63,264 nt of DNA. Source: Octopus bimaculoides (taxonomy: Eukaryota). The notes under the pieces are model-generated. The model was given only the letters and a program-made list of their open reading frames with translations. It was not told the origin of the DNA and searched no databases. The translations under genes were made by a program, and so were the position numbers. The DNA lies in the NCBI RefSeq assembly GCF_001194135.2, contig NC_068997.1, positions 43,255,851-43,319,114 of the forward strand. The letters are read 5' to 3'. This document shows positions 60,548 through 63,264 of this stretch, one piece after another; the stretch's first letter is position 1, and every line of letters begins with the position of its first letter.

Positions 60548-60940
60548 TTAATTTCCGATATAGTCGTAATGTACGCTATCTGAGAGATATTTGTGGAATA
60601 TTTCCTTAAAAAGTATCCATTTTTTCTGAAAGTTATGAGCAAACAATTGTGCGGAGGGCACACCTGTGAAGGTTTGCTCAAAATATCCCCACAAACACCA
60701 AAAACAAGGTGAAGATGACTCTGACTTCACTCTAGTCTTCAGGTGTCCGGGTGCGTCCCCCGGCGCACACATTCCCTAGCCTCTAATCACCGTGAAAGGT
60801 TGAAAGAGACTGAATATTATTTGAAAGGAAAGCCTTGGAGGAATCGTTTCCGATATTGTGACGTCATAATGACCATATGAAGACATAAAGAAATCTCTGG
60901 AGTAAACGAGAAATTCTTGAATGAATCTCTTACATAGACT
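60548..60940 (-). CDS. Uncharacterised reading frame, YDYIG family copy 3, with one internal TAG at 60776-60778
   Basis: tag|SLCKRFIQEFLVYSRDFFMSSYGHYDVTISETIPPRLSFQIIFSLFQPFTVIRG*GMCAPGDAPGHLKT...LFAHNFQKKWILFKEIFHKYLSDSVHYDYIGN*; aligns with copy 2 using codon-sized gaps. Exon, gene or pseudogene status is unresolved. Confidence 0.45.
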
Positions 60941-61488
60941 CTACACACGTACGCACACAAGACCACACACACATGTACACAAATATTTATAAACATACTG
61001 TGTGCGTTCACATCGGTGTGTATGTGTCTGTATATGTGTGTGTGTGTGCGTGCGTGTTTGCATGTTTGCATACACTTTAAAAGGTGTGATAGGTGACACA
61101 ACACATTATATAAAGGTTGGGACATAGTAGATAAGTTACACAATGCACTCCTACGTTCGACGTTGTTTGACAATAAACTCTCATAACCTCAGATAAGCTA
61201 GTGTACTGAGTTTGAGCCATCGTTTAAAAAAAAAAAGAATACAATAGACGTTACCGATATTTATGCTTTATATAACGTATACGTAAGCCGATATTGCGTA
61301 AGCCGGTAGGCCCTATGACACGACACGGTGCAGCCAACTCACTTCGTCAACATCATTAGCAAAAATAGGTCGACTAATTGAAACACGTGTAGATTATATA
61401 AATACGACACACCATTTACGTTTTCTGTCAACCCACTTCTTTTACTTATGCGTGTGTGAACACACACAGACATACACACACAAACATA

Positions 61489-61519
<31 letters not shown>

Positions 61520-62315
61520 NNNNNNNNNNTATATATATATATATATATATATATATACGCACACACACGGACATGCATATATTTGTGTGTGTGTGTGTAA
61601 TACATCAAGTACAAGACATCACCAACGAGTGAAAAATACAGGACAAAATACTAAAAAATACACGATACGAACAGGACGTCACAAACAAGTGAAAAGTCCG
61701 TAAACACATAATGAGGGACAAATACGGGACAAATTACCAAAAGAAGTTTAAGCCCTCCTCAGATGTTGACTGTTAATCACTACCTATTTCGAGCTTTCAA
61801 CGACAAGATAGGAAACCTTCATAAAACAGCAGCATCTAGACATTTTAAAAATATATAATTTGTGGGGAGTTAGAGCTTCGTACGAACAAACAACGACAGA
61901 GTGGACGTACAGAGTAAACAATCGACGAAGACAAACATTAAGTGCCGTTAGGCCAAGACACATTGTAAAGGGTAATGCCTGGGAGAAATTTTGAAAGGGT
62001 ATAGATAAATAGAAGAGAAGAAACAGTAGAAGTGAAAGAAAAAAAAAGAGAGAAAAAATGTCGAGAGGCGAGGAAAATGACGTCTATCTAAGTGAACGTC
62101 GCATCCAGAAAAGACATAGGTGAGAAAAATGACCGTCGTTGATTATTCGTTCGAAGCTCTAACTCTCCACAAACTTTATATTTTTAAAATGTAAATAATT
62201 TTAAAAGGAGAAAAAGCCTCAACGAAGTTTTTTTGCGAAAAATTGCATAAACCTGTCCTGATCAAGAGGCCTATCTATCGGGGAAGGTATGGTCTGACAT
62301 GCCATAAACAAAAAT

Positions 62316-62565
62316 TTATATAAGACATTCGGAATCTCCTGCAACTCTTCTGGACGATCTCCTTGTTTTTAAGTTGGTGAATGCTGCCATAATCCTTGCC
62401 TTCAGTTCATCTTTGGTGTTACAAGGAGTTTTGTTGGACTTGCACTCCACCCTCTTGACCCAGGGCAGCACTACCTCCTCCAGGCACTTGATGTAGGCCT
62501 CCATGTTGAGTGTTGGGCCGTATGGGAAAATGAATGGAGGCATAAGGTCACCGTTACTAGTGATC
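62316..62565 (-). mobile_element. Tc1/mariner-superfamily transposase fragment, internally deleted
   Basis: GDLMPPFIF...YIKCLEEVVLPWVKRV joined directly to CNTKDELKARIMAAFTNL; the catalytic middle is missing. Confidence 0.75.
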
Positions 62566-62665
62566 NNNNNNNNNNNNNNNNNNNNNNNNNNNNNNNNNNN
62601 NNNNNNNNNNNNNNNNNNNNNNNNNNNNNNNNNNNNNNNNNNNNNNNNNNNNNNNNNNNNNNNNN

Positions 62666-62760
62666 GTTTCCGATATTGTGACGTCATAATGACCATATGA
62701 AGACATAAAGAAATCGCTGGAGTAAACGAGAAATTCTTGAATGAATTTCACACATAGACG
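62666..62760 (-). CDS. YDYIG family copy 4 (5' part only, truncated by a gap)
   Basis: cag|RLCVKFIQEFLVYSSDFFMSSYGHYDVTISE; near-identical to 60846-60940, with AG at the same position. Confidence 0.38.
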
Positions 62761-62887
62761 CTGCACGCGCACGCATACAATAGCACACACACGTGTGCAC
62801 GAAGAAACATTTATATAGTGTATGCATTCACATTAATGTGTGTGTGTGTGTGCATACCCCTCAGTCTACCAACATATACAGATACAA

Positions 62888-63200
62888 AGGCGTTGAGCTG
62901 GCAGAATTTTTACCTCGCCGGATTTAATGCTTAGCTGCATTTCGTCCGTCTTCATGTTCTGAGTTCAAATTCCTCCGAGGTCGTTTTTGCCTTTCATCCT
63001 TTCGGGGTCGATAAAATAAGTTGAGCTCTGGGATCTATGTAACAGACTTAGCCCCTCCCCCGAAATTATTGGCTTTGTGCCAATATTTGAAATCAATATA
63101 TACAGACCTGGAGGCAGAGAGCTGGCAGGATGGTTAGCATGCCGAGCATTTCTTTCGTCTTTACTTTTTTGTCTTTCATCCGTTCACAGTCAATAAAATA
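62888..63200 (+). mobile_element. Two family B SINEs (one full, one deleted)
   Basis: aaggcgttgagctggcagaa... and ggcagagagctggcaggatggttagc... Confidence 0.82.
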
Positions 63201-63264
63201 AGTTAATTTTTAATCACCCACAAGGGGCCGACATAGAGGGGACAATACAAAAACATGTGGTGAC

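Noticed and set aside
61640-61930. Second Penelope-like or hammerhead remnant
   Set aside because: Core elements are degenerate and out of order; no foldable ribozyme.
17651-62790. Long ORFs in the track made mostly of X
   Set aside because: They are artefacts of N-gaps being read as sense codons.

Overview
AT-rich, repeat-dense metazoan genomic DNA with many N-gaps at (TA)n microsatellites. The SINE, RTE, mariner and Penelope-like content suggests an octopus (inference, not a database match). Two spliced genes can be reconstructed with GT-AG junctions and consistent phases. GATAD1 (+, 4 coding exons, 1378-6345, 273 aa) converges tail-to-tail with an SLC25A39/40-family mitochondrial glutathione carrier (-, 9 coding exons, 11668-41293, 349 aa, 18.2-kb first coding intron). 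The rest is mostly tRNA-derived SINEs, 5'-truncated RTE LINE 3' ends, mariner/Tc1 remnants and MITEs, plus a probable solo LTR with promoter motifs (36894-38099) and a Penelope-like fragment with a variant hammerhead ribozyme fold (48129-48200). The most unexplained region is 58-63 kb. It holds at least four homologous, locally duplicated ~130-codon units in both orientations. The complete units end in Y-D-Y-I-G-x-stop, show frame-preserving indels, and carry one in-frame stop at a similar internal position. I cannot assign them to a known family.
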